Assembly: GCF_902713615.1 (NCBI RefSeq)
Contig: NC_052158.1
Span: forward strand, 105,598,540-105,662,539
Reading direction: 5' to 3'
Length of the DNA stretch: 64,000 nt
Source: Scyliorhinus canicula
Taxonomy: Eukaryota
Positions 36,902 through 49,624 of this stretch are shown one piece after another. The position numbers and the translations under genes are program-made. The first letter of the stretch is position 1. Each line of letters starts with the position of its first letter. The notes under the pieces were generated by a model. It had not been told where the DNA came from. It saw only the letters and a list, made by a program, of their open reading frames with translations, and did no database searches.

Positions 36902-37302
36902 TGATGTGTTGGGTAGGCTGGGTCTATGTGGACTGCATGTGATGCAGTGTAGAGAGACAGGCTTCCAACACTTGATGAGATGCAACACAATTTTATTTGA
37001 CATCAAACTATATTACATGCTTAACCGTGGGTTGACACTATGCTGACTTGACTGGGGACCTGAGTCTCGCCTGACCAGACTAACTGACTACCACATGGTG
37101 TTTGCACTGGCTGCTGCTCACGAGCTCTGACTGTCTCAGAGGTTGGATGCCGAGAGAACGAGAAAACTGGTGTCCTCTGGCTTTATAGTGGTTGTGTCCT
37201 GTCTGGTGATTGGCTGCTGTGTTCTGTGTGCTCACTGGTCGTCCTGTGTGTCAATCACTGCCTGTCTGCACTCCATCATATACATGGATGTATATTATGA
37301 CA
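36902..37302 (-). mobile_element. Solo LTR (401 bp)
   Basis: TG...CA termini, perfect 5-bp TSD ACCTG (36897-901 and 37303-307), minus-strand TATAAA (~37183) and AATAAA (~36992). Confidence 0.9.
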
Positions 37303-37311
37303 ACCTGCTGA

Positions 37312-38072
37312 GGCAGCACGGTAGCATTGTGGGGGCAGCACGGTAGCATTGTGGTTAGCACAATCGCTTCACAGCTCCAGGGTCCCAGGTTCGATTCCCG
37401 GCTTGGGTCACTGTCTGTGCGGAGTCTGCACATCCTCCCCGTGTGTGCGTGGGTTTCCTCCGGGTGCTCCGGTTTCCTCCCACAGTCCAAAGATGTGCGG
37501 GTTAGGTGGATTGGCCATGATGAATTCCCCTTAGTGTCCAAAATTGCCCTTAGTGTTGGATGGGGTTGCTGGGTTATGGGGATAGGGTGGAGGTGTTAAC
37601 CTTGGGTAGGGTGCTCTTTCCGGGAGCCGGTGCAGACTCGATGGGCCGAATGGCCTCCTTCTGCACTGTAAATTCTATGTAAATTGTCTGCAATCTAGGA
37701 TATATTATTCAAGAAAAAAGGGCAGCACGGTAGCATTGTGGTTAGCACAATCGCTTCACAGCTCCAGGGTCCCAGGTTCGATTCCGACTTGAGTCACTGT
37801 CTGTGCAGAGTCTGCACATCCTCCCCGTGTGTGCGTGGGTTTCCTCCGGGTGCTCCGGTTTCCTCCCACAGTCCAAAGATGTGCGGGTTAGGTGGATTGG
37901 CCATGATAAATTCCCCTTAATGTCCAAAATTGCCTTAAGTGTTGGATGGGGTTGCTGGGTTATGTGGATAGGGTGGAGGTGTTAACCTTGGGTAGGGTGC
38001 TCTTTCCGGGAGCCGGTGCAGACTCGATGGGCTGAATGGCCTCCTTCTGCACTGTAAATTCTATGTAAATCT
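37312..38072 (+). mobile_element. Two near-identical tandem HE1-like SINEs (37312-37682 and 37721-38072)
   Basis: Direct repeat of complete SINEs; the first has a duplicated ~20-bp head. Confidence 0.92.
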
Positions 38073-38099
38073 ATATTTCCCAGCATTTTCTCTTTTGGT

Positions 38100-40085
38100 T
38101 TCACTCTTCCCCATATTCAATTTATACCCCGAACTGGCTGAATTTCTCCAAAATTCTCATAATCTCCCCCAATACCTTCCAACGGGTCCAAAATATATAG
38201 CAGCAAGTCATCCGCATATAGCGAGATCCTGTGATCCACCCACCGTCCTATCCCCTGTCATTCCCTTGATGCTCTCAACGCCATTGCCAACGGCTGTTTA
38301 GCCAAGGCAGAGAGCAATGGGGAGACTGGACATCCCTGACTCGTTCCCTGATGCAGCCTGAAATATTCTGAACTCACCTGGTTTGTCCACATACTACTGG
38401 TGCCTGGTACAGCAACCTGACCCAGTCAACAAACCCTTGTCCGAACCCAAACCACCCCAGCACCTACCACAAATAATCTCACTCCACCCGTACAAAGGCC
38501 TTCTCCGCATTCATTGCGACCACCACCTGCACACTCCGTCCCTCCGGGGGCATCATTATGACATTTAATAACCTCCTAATGACGCCAACAGATGTCTCCC
38601 ATTAACAAACCCTGCCTGGTCTTCCCCTATCACCCCCGGCACATGGTTCTTGATCCTTGAGGCCAAAATCTGGTGAGCAGCTTGGTGTCCACATATAACA
38701 ATGAAATTGGCATGTAGGGCCACACGGTTCTGGATCCTAGTCTCTCTTTAAAATTAAGGAGATTGAGGCTTGTGATAATGTCAGGGACTGCTCCCCCATC
38801 TAATTAAACATCCTAACCAGCAGAGTCCAGAACTCCAAAAACTTTTTGAAACCGATCCGGCCCGGGCCTTCCCTACCTGCATTGCCTCAAGACCCTAACC
38901 ACCTCCACCAGCCCAATGGGGACCCAAGCCCCTCCAAAAATCGCCTCATTCCTCCACCTGACTCATATAGCCTCCTATAAAAAGGCCCAAACACCTCAGT
39001 CAACCCCATTGGAACCAAGACCGTGTTCCCCCCATCCTTCACTTTTCCATTCTCCCTAGCAGCCTCCTGCTTCCTCAGTTGATGTGCCAAACTCCGACTC
39101 ACCTCTTCCCCATATTCATAGACCGATAGACCGCCCCCTTCGCCCTCCTCAACTGCCCTACCACCTTACCCGTAGATAATAACTCAAACTCCATCTGCAG
39201 TTTCCGTCATTCCCTCAACAGCCCCTCCTCCGGGGCCTTCAAATACCTCCTATCCACCTGCAAGATCTTCTCCACTAACCGCCCATCTCCACCCGCTCCA
39301 TCTTATCCTTGTGTGCCCACATCGAAATAAACTCTCCCCTTAATACTGCCTTCAATGCCTCCCACAGTGTGGTGGCTGAGACCTCCTATGTGTCGTTCAG
39401 CTCCATATATCCCCTCCTGGGCCAGCCTCCACTTCTCATCCCACACCCGCTCAGGCCCACCCTCGGATGTCCAGCATCATCGACCCTCCCCATACTACAT
39501 TTCAAAAGCCCCCCCCCACAAAATTCCAACCCCCATCGCCACTCTAAACATCTGCTCACCCCCCACTGCACTTCCATGAACTAGCCCACCCAGCTAGCCT
39601 GCCAGCACCCACCCATGGCATTTAGCATCCTACCCCCCACTGATTCCCCTCCGCCACCGCTCAGACACTATCCAAATGCAAACAACAACACCAATATTCA
39701 GAACCCAAAAACAAAGAAAAGAGAAACTACCCACCCCCACAGAACACAGGACAATGGCCCCCAGAGAAAATAAAAACAGACGGAACAAAAACGAACACCT
39801 TCTCCAAAGTTCAATGATCTCATTCTCCTGCTAGTTCATTGTCTCCCACAAACTCCATCGCTTCCTCTGGCGTCTCAAAATAAAGTTCCTGGCCATTGGA
39901 AGTCACTCAGAGACAAGTCAGGTACAGCATTCCAAACTTCACCCCCTTCTTAAAGAGGGCAGCCTTCACCTTATTGAACCCCGCTCTCTTTCTGGCCAGC
40001 TCAGCACCCAGTCCTGGTACACACAAAGTTCACTGCTGTCCCAAGTATATTGCGTTGTCTGCCTGGCCCACCTCAGGATCTACTC
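38100..40085 (-). mobile_element. L1/Tx1-clade LINE remnant (ORF1 end, spacer, internally deleted ORF2)
   Basis: Minus peptides LAHQLRKQEAARE and ELNDT..TLWEALKAVLRG. Confidence 0.75.
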
Positions 40086-40086
40086 C

Positions 40087-40620
40087 TTATCCAAAAACTG
40101 ATGCGGCTGCGATCCTGATTAATAAAAGGGTACAATTTGAGGCGGAGGGCACAGTCGTGGATGGGGGTGGCAGGTTCGTTATGGTGAGGGGTAAGCTCGA
40201 AGGGGTGAGAGTAGTCCTGGTCAGTGTGTATGCCCCTAATTGGGGCGATGTGGATTTTATTAGGAGGATGCGAGGGAAGATACCCGACTTAGACTCGTGG
40301 AAGCTGATCATGGGCGGGGACTTTAATACAGTCTTGGACCCGAGCCTGGACCGGTCATGTTCAAGAACAGGCAGGTTGCGAGCGATGGCAAAGGAACCGA
40401 GTTCATGGAGCAAATGGGGGAGCAGATCCATGGAGATTTAGCCGGCCGACGGCGAGGGAGTTCTCGTACTACTCCCATGTCCACAAGGTGTATTCCTGAA
40501 TTGACTACTTTGATGTGAGTAGGGACGTGCTGGCTGGAATGGTGAGGGCAGAATACTCGGTAATTGCCATATCGGACCATGCTCCGCACTGGGGAGACCT
40601 GCAGTTTTGTAAGGACAGCT
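40087..40620 (+). mobile_element. L1-type APE endonuclease fragment, inverted relative to the adjacent L1
   Basis: AILINKRV..DGGGRFVMVRG..VSVYAPN..IMGGDFN..SDHAP. Confidence 0.85.
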
Positions 40621-40621
40621 T

Positions 40622-40882
40622 TCATTTATAATTCTGAATTCACTAAATGATCAAGAGATAGTACTTTCATGGCAGAGAGATCAACAGTATACCTGCTGTC
40701 TGGCTTCAGCTCCAACACTGAAAATGAAACTAAAACACATCTTGCAGCAAACAGCCTAAAATGAAAGTAAAAAGCTGACAGACAGCCCAGCTCCACCCAC
40801 ACTCTGACATCACTGATAAACATCCATTTCTTAAAGGTACATTTCATAAACACTCATTTCTTAAAGATACTCTCACATGACA
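40622..40882 (-). mobile_element. Partial LTR
   Basis: Reverse complement begins TGTCATGTGAGAGTATCTTTAAGAAATG, with an internal duplication. Confidence 0.55.
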
Positions 40883-43800
40883 AGTAATCAACAGTGCGAT
40901 CAAGCGGCACTTACTCAGCAATAACCTGCTAAACTGGAGTCAATGGGAATCAGTGGGGAAACTCTCCACTGGTTGGAGTCATACCTGGCACAAAGGAAGA
41001 TGGCTGTGGTGGTTGGAGGTCAATCATCTCAACTCCAGGACATCATTGCAGGAGTTCCTCAGGGTAGTGTCCCAGGCTCAACCATCTTCAGCTGCTTCAT
41101 CAACAACGTCCTTTCCATCATAAGGTCAGAAATGGGAATGTTTGCTGATGACTGCACAAGGTTCAACACCATTCGAATCTCCTCAGATAATGAAGGAGTC
41201 CATCTTCAAATGCAGCAAGACCTGGACAGTATCCAGGCTTGGGCTGACAAGTAGCAAGATACAAAGACACCACACAAGTGCCAGGCAATGGCCATCTCCT
41301 ACAAGAGACAATCTAACCACCGGCCCTTGATATTCAATGGCATTACCATCGCTGAATCCCCCAGAATCAACATCCTCAAGGTTACCATTGATCAGAAACT
41401 GAAATGGACTAGCCATATAAATACTGTGGCTACCACGGCAGGTCAAATACTCAGAATCCTCTGGCAAGTAACTCACCTGCTGACGCCCAAAAGCCTGTCC
41501 GCCATTTACAAGGCACAAGTCAGGAGTGTAATGAAATACTCTCCACTTGCCTGGCTGAGTGCAGCTCCAATAATGCTCAAGTTTGACACCATCCAGGACA
41601 AAGTAGCCCGCTTGATTTCCCCCCTCTTCCACAAACATTCAAACCCTCCACCACAAAGAGTGGCAGCTGTGTGTACCATCTACAAGGTGCACTACAGCAA
41701 CTCACCAAAGTTCCTTAAACAACACCTTCCAAACAAACGACCATTACCATCGAGAAGAACAAGAGCATCAGATACCTGGGAACCCACTGCCTGGAGGTTC
41801 CCCGCCAAGTCATTCACTACCCTGACTTGAAAAGCTAGAACAGCAATGGCAGGAGTTTCTGGGAGTAATTGAGGACACAGTGCAAAGGTTCATCCCAAAG
41901 AAAAGAAAGGTTATCAGAGGGAGGATTAGGCAGCCATGGCTGACAAAGGAAGTCAGGGAATGCATCTAGGCAAAAGAGAGAGCCTATAATGTGGCAAAGA
42001 GTAGTGGGAAGTCAGAAGATTGGGAAGGCTACAAAAACAAACAGAGGATAACAAAGAGACAAATAAGGAAGGAGAGGATCAAATATGAAGGTAGGCTAGC
42101 CAGTAACATTAGGAATGATAGTAAAAGTTTCTTTAAATACATTAAAAACAAACGGGAGGCAAAAGTAGACATTGGGCCACTCCAAAATGACGCTGGTAAT
42201 CTAGTGATGGGAGACAAAGAAATAGCTGAGGAACTTAATAAGTACTTTGCGTCAGTCTTCACAGTAGAAGACATGAGTAATATCCCAACAATTCAGGAAA
42301 GTCAGGGGGCAGAGTTGAATATGGTTGCCATCACAAAGGAGAAGGTGCTAGAGAAACTAAAAGGTCTGAAAATTGATAAATCTCCGGGCTCAGATGGGCT
42401 ACATCCTAGAGTTCTAAAGGAGATAGCTGAAGAAATAGTGGAGGCGTTAGTTATGATCTTTCAAAAGTCACTGGAATCAGGGAAAGTCCCAGAGGATTGG
42501 AAAATCGCTGTTGTAACCCCCTGTTCAAGAAGGGAACAAGAAAAAAGATGGAAAATTATAGGCCAATTAGCCTAACCTCGGTTGTTGGCAAAATTCTAGA
42601 ATCCATCGTTAAGGATGAGATTTCTAAATTCTTGGAAGTGCAGGGTCGGATTAGGACAAGTCAAACATGGATTTAGTAAGGGGAGGTCGTGCCTGACAAA
42701 CCTGTTAGAGTTCTTTGAAGAGATAACAAATAGGTTAGACCAAGGAGAGCCAATGGATGTTATCTATCTTGACTTCCAAAAGGCCTTTGACAAGGTGCCT
42801 CACGGGAGACTGCTGAGTAAAATAAGGGCCCATGGTATTCGAGGCAAGGTACTAACATGGATTGACGATTGGCTGTCAGACAGAAGGCAGAGAGTTGGGA
42901 TAAAAGGTTCTTTTTCGGAATGGCAACCGGTGACAAGTGGTGTCCCGCAGGGTTCAGTGTTGGGGCCACAGCTGTTCTCTTTATATATTAACGATCTAGA
43001 TGACGGGACTGGGGGCATTCTGGCCAAGTTTGCCGATGATACAAAGATAGGTGGAGGGGCAGGTAGTATTGAGGAGGTGGGGACGCTGCAGAAAGATTTA
43101 GACAGTTTAGGAGAATGGTCCAAGAAGTGGCTGATGAAATTCAACGTGGGCAAGTGCGAGGTCTTGCACTTTGGAAAAAAGAATAGAGGCATGGACTATT
43201 TTCTAAACGGTGACAAAATTCATAATGCTAAAGTGCAAAGGGACTTGGGAGTCCTAGTCCAGGATTCTCTAAAGGTAAACTTGCAGGTTGAGTCCGTAAC
43301 TAAGAAAGCAAATGTAATGTTGTCATTCATCTCAAGAGGCTTGGAATATAAAAGCAGGGATGTACTTCTGAGGCTTTATAAAGCACTAGTTAGGCCCCAT
43401 TTAGAATACTGTGAGCAATTTTGGGCCCCATACCTCAGGAAGGACATACTGGCACTGGAGCGGGTCCAGCGGAGATTCACACGGATGATCCCAGGAATGG
43501 TAGGCCTAACATACGATGAACGTCTGAGGATCGTGGGATTATATTCATTGGAGTTTAGGAGGTTGAGGGGAGATCTAATAGAAACGTACAAGATAATGAA
43601 TGGCTTGGATAGGATGGACGTAGGGAAGTTGTTTCCATTAGCAGGGGAGACTAGGACGCGGGGGCACAGCCTTAGAATAAAAGGGAGTCACTTTAGAACA
43701 GAGATGAGGAGAAATTTCTTCAGCCAGAGAGTGGTAGGTCTGTGGCATTCATTGCCACAGAGGGCGGTGGAGGCCGGGACATTGAGTGTCTTTAAGACAG

Positions 43801-44130
43801 AAATTGATAAATTCTTGATTTCTCGAGGAATTAAGGGCTATGGGGAGAGAGCGGGTAAATGGAGTTGAAATCAACCATGATTGAATGGTGGAGTGGACTC
43901 GATGGGCCGAATGGCCTTACTTCCACTCCTATGTCTTATGGTCTTATGGTCTTATAGTGTCTCTGGAGCAACATCCTGAAACTCCCTCCCTAACAGCACA
44001 ATGGGTGTACCTACATCTGAAGGACTGCAGTGGTTCAAGAAGGCAACTCAGCACCACGTTCTGACGAGCAATTAGGGTTGGGCAATAGATGCTGACCTAA
44101 GCAACGACGCCCACATCCTGAAAATGAATT
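40883..44130 (+). mobile_element. Family-2 LINE 3' half (RT C-terminus and tail), interrupted by CR1
   Basis: GVPQGSVPGSTIFSCFINN..FADDC and YKAQVRSVMKYSPLAW; its tail resumes at ~43956. Confidence 0.82.
41833..43955 (+). mobile_element. Young 5'-truncated CR1 LINE with nearly intact reverse transcriptase
   Basis: KSPGSDGLHP, HGFSKGRSCLTNL, YLDFQKAFDKVPH, GVPQGSVLGP, FADD; frameshifts near 42520 and 42660; tail (gtcttatg)x3. Confidence 0.95.
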
Positions 44131-44639
44131 TAAACAGTGGCCAAGATGCGAAACGACCATCTAATGTGTGGGATCAATAATGTCACGATACCAAAAAACA
44201 TAGGGCAGAACCCACCCTAGAACTCAGTAAGCTATGGAATTAGCAATATCCTTGAAGAATATTGATAAAGGGTCCCAAGAACTCCAAGGGATGATGGACT
44301 GTTGTATTCTCAGGCAGATGGGGAGGGATACAACCCTTATACAGAAAAACCAGCATTCCCAGTGAAGGCTCCCACCTGCCTCACCCACCAGCAACTCAAC
44401 ATTCAGGCAGAAATTCTGGCATCTCAAAAGATGACCGGATAAGCCTAGAAGCACCAGGAAGGACTCCCCGGAGGACTACAAGTGTCAGCCGCACGGCTGC
44501 TATAAGAGTGGCCAAAGGACACGATTCAGACAAGACTGCCAGAATCAGTGTACATGTGCCACCCAGGCCGGAAGTCAAAGCCATCTCTAGCTTGGGCCTT
44601 GTAAGTCTTTCAGTCCATAGAGGAAGAAACAATGTAACT

Positions 44640-46200
44640 AAAATGCATCATTACCCCTAAGTTGGCCCTGATAAAGATAACACTTTTGGTCCACTGCCAT
44701 TCGTTCGAAATGGAGGTGGATTAGGGAGCTGCCGTCTCCATCATCAGGGAACTGACCATCTTGCCCCTAGGCCGGTGAGATACCAGGGCCATTTTATCAT
44801 CTTGGTACCCTAAGTAGGCCACTTTGCCTGCCCGGGACCCAATTGTCCCGTTTGAGATGGACACCTGCTTCAGGAAATCATCTCAAATCCTCTTCCTTTA
44901 GTTGCTCTTTTTCCATCGCTCCTGTGATTAGTACGTTGTCTAAGTATACTGCTACCTTAGGTAGCCTTTGGAGAATGTTCTCCATCACATGTTGAAAAAC
45001 GGCACATGCCAACGAGATTCCAAAGGGCAGGAGTGTACATTCATACAAACCCTTATATGGGTGTTGATTGTCACGTACTTCCTGAATGACCCATCTAATG
45101 CTAGCTGGAGCTAGGCTTGGCACATATCTAGTTTGGTGAAAGTTTACCCCTGCCAGTTTGGCACATAGAACTTCTACGCATGGCATGGGGTACCGATCAA
45201 AATGATAGAATAGGCCATCAAAGAAGCACTGACCCTGCAAAATATGACAGAATTAAAATTTTTCTGATCCCTCATAAACTAGTATGGAAAATGTATGCTA
45301 AACTTGCCCACTTTATTGTCACCTCTGCACATATGTGAAAAAAACATCAGAAGTGGTCCTGGCGGACGCCACAAGATGAAGCCTTCGCAAAGGTGAAGTA
45401 GCAGCTACTATCAACAAATACCCTAGCTCATTACGACCCCAAGGGAGAACTGGTATTAACATGTGATGCTTCCCCAAATGGAGTAGAGGCAGTTCTTTCC
45501 TATCACTGAGATGGTGGAACAGAGAGACCTATAGCATATAGACCCAAAAAAGGAAGGATGGGCTGTTATTTTTTAGAGTGACGGAATTTCACCCATATGT
45601 CCACGGCAATTTGTCACAATCGTAACAGATATTAATCCCCTGCTGGGCCTTTACACAGAGGATAAAGTAAATGCCCTCATCACCTCGGCTTGGATCTAAA
45701 GCTGGGTGTTATTGTTAAAGGCCTATGAATACTCTCTCGAGTAGCGCCAAGGAACACACATTTTCTATGCAGATGCCTCAAGTCATTTCCCACTGCCCAC
45801 AAGCTTGGCCCCCTCTGCCGGCAGTGGAAGAAATCATCATGACCTTTAACCTCTTGGATACCTTGCCAGTAGCTGGGAAATCAATTCAAATGAGGACCCA
45901 GAAGGACCCCGCACTTGTAAAATTCCACCATATGATCCTCAGTGGCGGAATTTGAGGACATCCTATGGTGATATGAAGCCCTTCCTCACTATGCAAGAAG
46001 AGCTGAGTGTAGAAAATGGCATCATCCTGTGGGAAGCCAGAGCAGATGTTCTCCGCCCAGGTCGGAGCCCAATCCTGACGCAATTACACGATGAATGCCC
46101 CGGGGTATCATGAGGAGCTACATCTGGTGGCCAGGACTTGATGCAGACATTGCGAATCTGGTAAAGCAGAGCTCCCTGTGCCAGGAGAACCAGAATGTCC
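44640..46200 (+). mobile_element. Decayed Gypsy pol (protease, inverted RT block, RNase H, start of integrase)
   Basis: MEVD*GAAVSII at ~44710 (+); DRYPMP..LPFGIS..FQ..YLDNVLITG at 44878-45240 (-); LTCDASPNGV at ~45456 (+); IWWPGLDADI at ~46121. Confidence 0.8.
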
Positions 46201-46296
46201 TATTATGTATTTTCTTATATTTACTTTTCATGTACTTAATGATCTGTTGAGCTGCTCACAGAAAAATACTTTTCACTGTACCTCGGTATACATGAC

Positions 46297-47803
46297 AAGA
46301 CATGGAATCCCATTTACTGTCATGACAGACAGCGGTCCATGTTTTGACAGCTGTGATTGGACAGAATTCTCACAAAGGTACGATTTTCAGCAACAATTAA
46401 TGGGAAAGCTGAAAAAGGTGTACACATAGCAAAGCAATTGTTCAAGAAAGCGTTGGATTCAAGAAGCGATCCATTCTTAGCTCTACTCAGCTACAGAGCT
46501 ACACCATTAACTATGGGATTTTCACCAGCTCAACTGCTGATGAATCCGCAGCTACATACTACATTACCATATTTACCAACAGCAGATCCTGATAATGACG
46601 ATTCTGTGCCAAAAATTAAGCAAAATAAGCAAACTCAGCAGCATTATTACAATAGGACAGCGCAAGATCCAGCAACGCTAGAAGCAGGAGATAAAGTGCA
46701 GGTACAGATTCCTACTGGAGGTTGGTCTTTTATGGCACATGCGATTCACCAAGCAGCTCCACACTCATATGTTGTTCTGACAGACAAAGGTTCAGTCCTA
46801 CGAAGGAATCATACAGTGCTTCTCAAAGTGAAGACAGCTCAACCTATATTTCCATGCATAGAGCTCGACACAGAGCTACTCAAGCCAACTGCTACACCAC
46901 AACAGCGAGATATTGTGACACCAGACAACGACATCTGATGAGCAACCACGATTGAGAAGGCTCACCCGTATCGGAAAGAAACCAGACAGGGTCAATTTGT
47001 GAACTGTAAAAAAAGTAAAATATTATTAACTTCTGCACAATGACAGTAACCATTTAACCATGTATAGACCATGTATATATGTTTGTACAAGTCTCCAAAC
47101 ATCTTCAAAGCAAGGGGGATGTAACAATATGGATATTGTATGGGAGATGAAGGGTTAACAATTTCATGTAAATACATCTAACAACCAGATGGTACTTCAG
47201 AGCAGTCAGGTAAGATCACGTGACAACCCTTGATTCTGGGAGAAGGTGTTTAGGCGTGAGAGTAATTGTGTATTTGAGAATTCTGTAGATATAGAATAAT
47301 AGAATTTACAGTGCAGAAGGAGGCCATTCGGCCTATCAAGTCTGTACCAGTCCTTACAAAGAGCACCCTGCTGAAGTCCACATATCTACCCTATCCCCGT
47401 AACCCAGTAACCCCTACTTAATATTTTTTGGACACTAGGAGCAATTTAGCATGGCCAATCCACCTAACCCGCAAATCTTTGGACTGTGGGACGAAACCGG
47501 AATACCCGGAGGAAACCCACACAGACATGGGGAGAACATGCAGACTCCGCACAGACAGTGTCCCAGCCGGGAATCGAACCTGGGACCCTGGAGTTGTGAA
47601 GCAACCGTGCTAACCGCTTTGTCACCGTGCTGCCCATATAGTTATAGCACAGTTTATTTTATCAACCTTTGTACTTCGGAATATGCTTGAATCCAGTTTA
47701 AAGTAGTGTTAATACATCAGCTTTGTTAATTAACATAGCTTGATGTTCTTTGTTGAATACTACACATCCAAACCATCCTTACAAAGCAAACAGAGAACAC
47801 CAC
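46297..47803 (+). mobile_element. Gypsy integrase C-terminus, PPT and 3' LTR (LTR 47120-47803)
   Basis: HGIPFTVMTDSGPCF, NGKAEKGVH, LLSYRATP; purine tract aaagcaaggggga then TGTAAC; ends ...caccACA. Confidence 0.82.
47296..47635 (-). mobile_element. HE1-like SINE nested in the Gypsy LTR
   Basis: Complete minus-strand copy; atatag on both sides. Confidence 0.88.
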
Positions 47804-49155
47804 AACCATTATAGCTGAATTCACAGAAACATTGAAGAAATCCTATAATTAGAAATTTTTCTTGGTTATGATTACCATAAGTCAAGTAAAAAGATGAAAG
47901 GACAGAGCACACAGGGCAATCTGGTTGCTCGAGAGGTGAACCTTGGACTTACAGCAGAATGCAAATGATCCTGAATCTTGGGACTACTGATCAGCCAGTT
48001 GTCTGCTTCATTTTGCTGATCTTCACATATTTCAAGTTTGGGAGTGAGAGGAGAAAATGTATAACGCAGCAAACAACAAAAGCAAGATTTCAGGTGCGGT
48101 ATAGAAAAAGGGAAGCATCTGAATGAGAAAAGACAAAAGCCTTGTGAAAACATTTGAGTGCTACAGCCTGAATTACAAATACATTGGTGTCATATGCTTA
48201 TCGTCACCTAATTTGTTCTCACACTGGAATATTTACATGTTACCAAATTTCTGTAAATGCGTGCATTCTCACTGTTTTGAACAGAATATAGGATTGTAGT
48301 ACACAGTCACTTATAGCATTTTAAAGTGCCAATTGAAGATCTTTCAAAGAGAAAAATAAAATATGGAATTGATAAATATTTTATTTCCTACCTTGGTCTG
48401 TCCTTGCTCTCTGATTGGTCTCTTGGATGTGTCATAAAATTCTCTCTCTTTCATTTCTCCCCTGACTGTCTGTCTATATTCTGGTCCTTTGATCTCATTC
48501 TCAGCTGTGTCCCATCCTATCTTGATTCTCCCATCCTTTTTACAAGTGGTTTAATTCCATTCCGTCTCTCTGATTTATGTCCTGACTGGATCTAGCTCCA
48601 TCCTGGCTGCTGTCTCTTCCACCCTTCTGATTTCTAATTCAGGCTTGCATTTCTGCTGGTAGCAAGCTGTCAATCAGCAGTAATAATGAAAGGCTGAACA
48701 TCAGCTGTCCGGAAGATTAGAGAAGGAATGAAAGAAGTTGACATGTAAAAGAGTGGAAGAGACAAAGCGAGATTACTTTTTTATGAAGGTAAGCCAAGCA
48801 AAACCCATCAAATGACATCAGAATCATTCAGTCGCCACCAATAGTGTGAACTTGTGCATTTGGCTAATAGTATTTCCAACATTTCATTAGCTTGGGTTTT
48901 CCTATCTGAGTGAAATTCAAACCAGAATGGCGATGGACTAGAAAAAAACTGCCCACAAGCTCAGTGTATAACACACTAAATTGTCCATGACTAATTCATT
49001 AACACAATTATTCACAGCTCCATGTTCAGCTTTGGTCTTGTGCTGGAAGATACAGTGGGAAAATTGAAAACTTGCAATTTAGGGAGAGGTATTTGGACAC
49101 ATAAAGATAAATGGCAACATCAGGGTAAATATTCTCAGTATTATTGAAGGCATTT

Positions 49156-49462
49156 GGCAGCCATAGTGATTAGCACAGTTGCTTCACAGCTCCAGGGTCC
49201 CAGGTTCGATTCCCGGCTTGGGACACTGTCTGTGCGGAGTCTGCACGTTCTGCCCATGTTTGTGTGGGTTTAGTCCGGGTGCTCCGGTCTCCTCCCACAG
49301 TACAACGATGTGCAGGTGAGGTTGATTGGCTGTGCTAAATTGTCCTTAGTGTCCAGAAAAGGCTAGGTGGGGTTACGGGGATAAGGTGGAGGTGTGAGGA
49401 TAGGGTGGAGGTATGGGCTTTCGATGGGCCAAATGGCCTCCTTCTGAACTATAAATTCTATG
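49156..49462 (+). mobile_element. HE1-like SINE
   Basis: Head, core and tail. Confidence 0.88.
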
Positions 49463-49624
49463 AATGAGCACAGGGGAAAAATAACATGAAAAGAATTGGG
49501 GCTAATGTAAAAGCACAGATTAGAACATTGATGCATAACCTCTTTTAATGGCAAGGTGGAAATGGTTTGTAAGTTACTCCACAGCATTGTCCCCATAAGT
49601 CAAAATTTCAGCAAGGCACGAAGA

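Noticed and set aside
37327-37985. Recurrent small ORFs (e.g. SLHILPVCAWVSSGCSGFLPQSKD) and possible tRNA genes
   Set aside because: These are translations of SINE copies; the heads have A/B boxes but no full cloverleaf.
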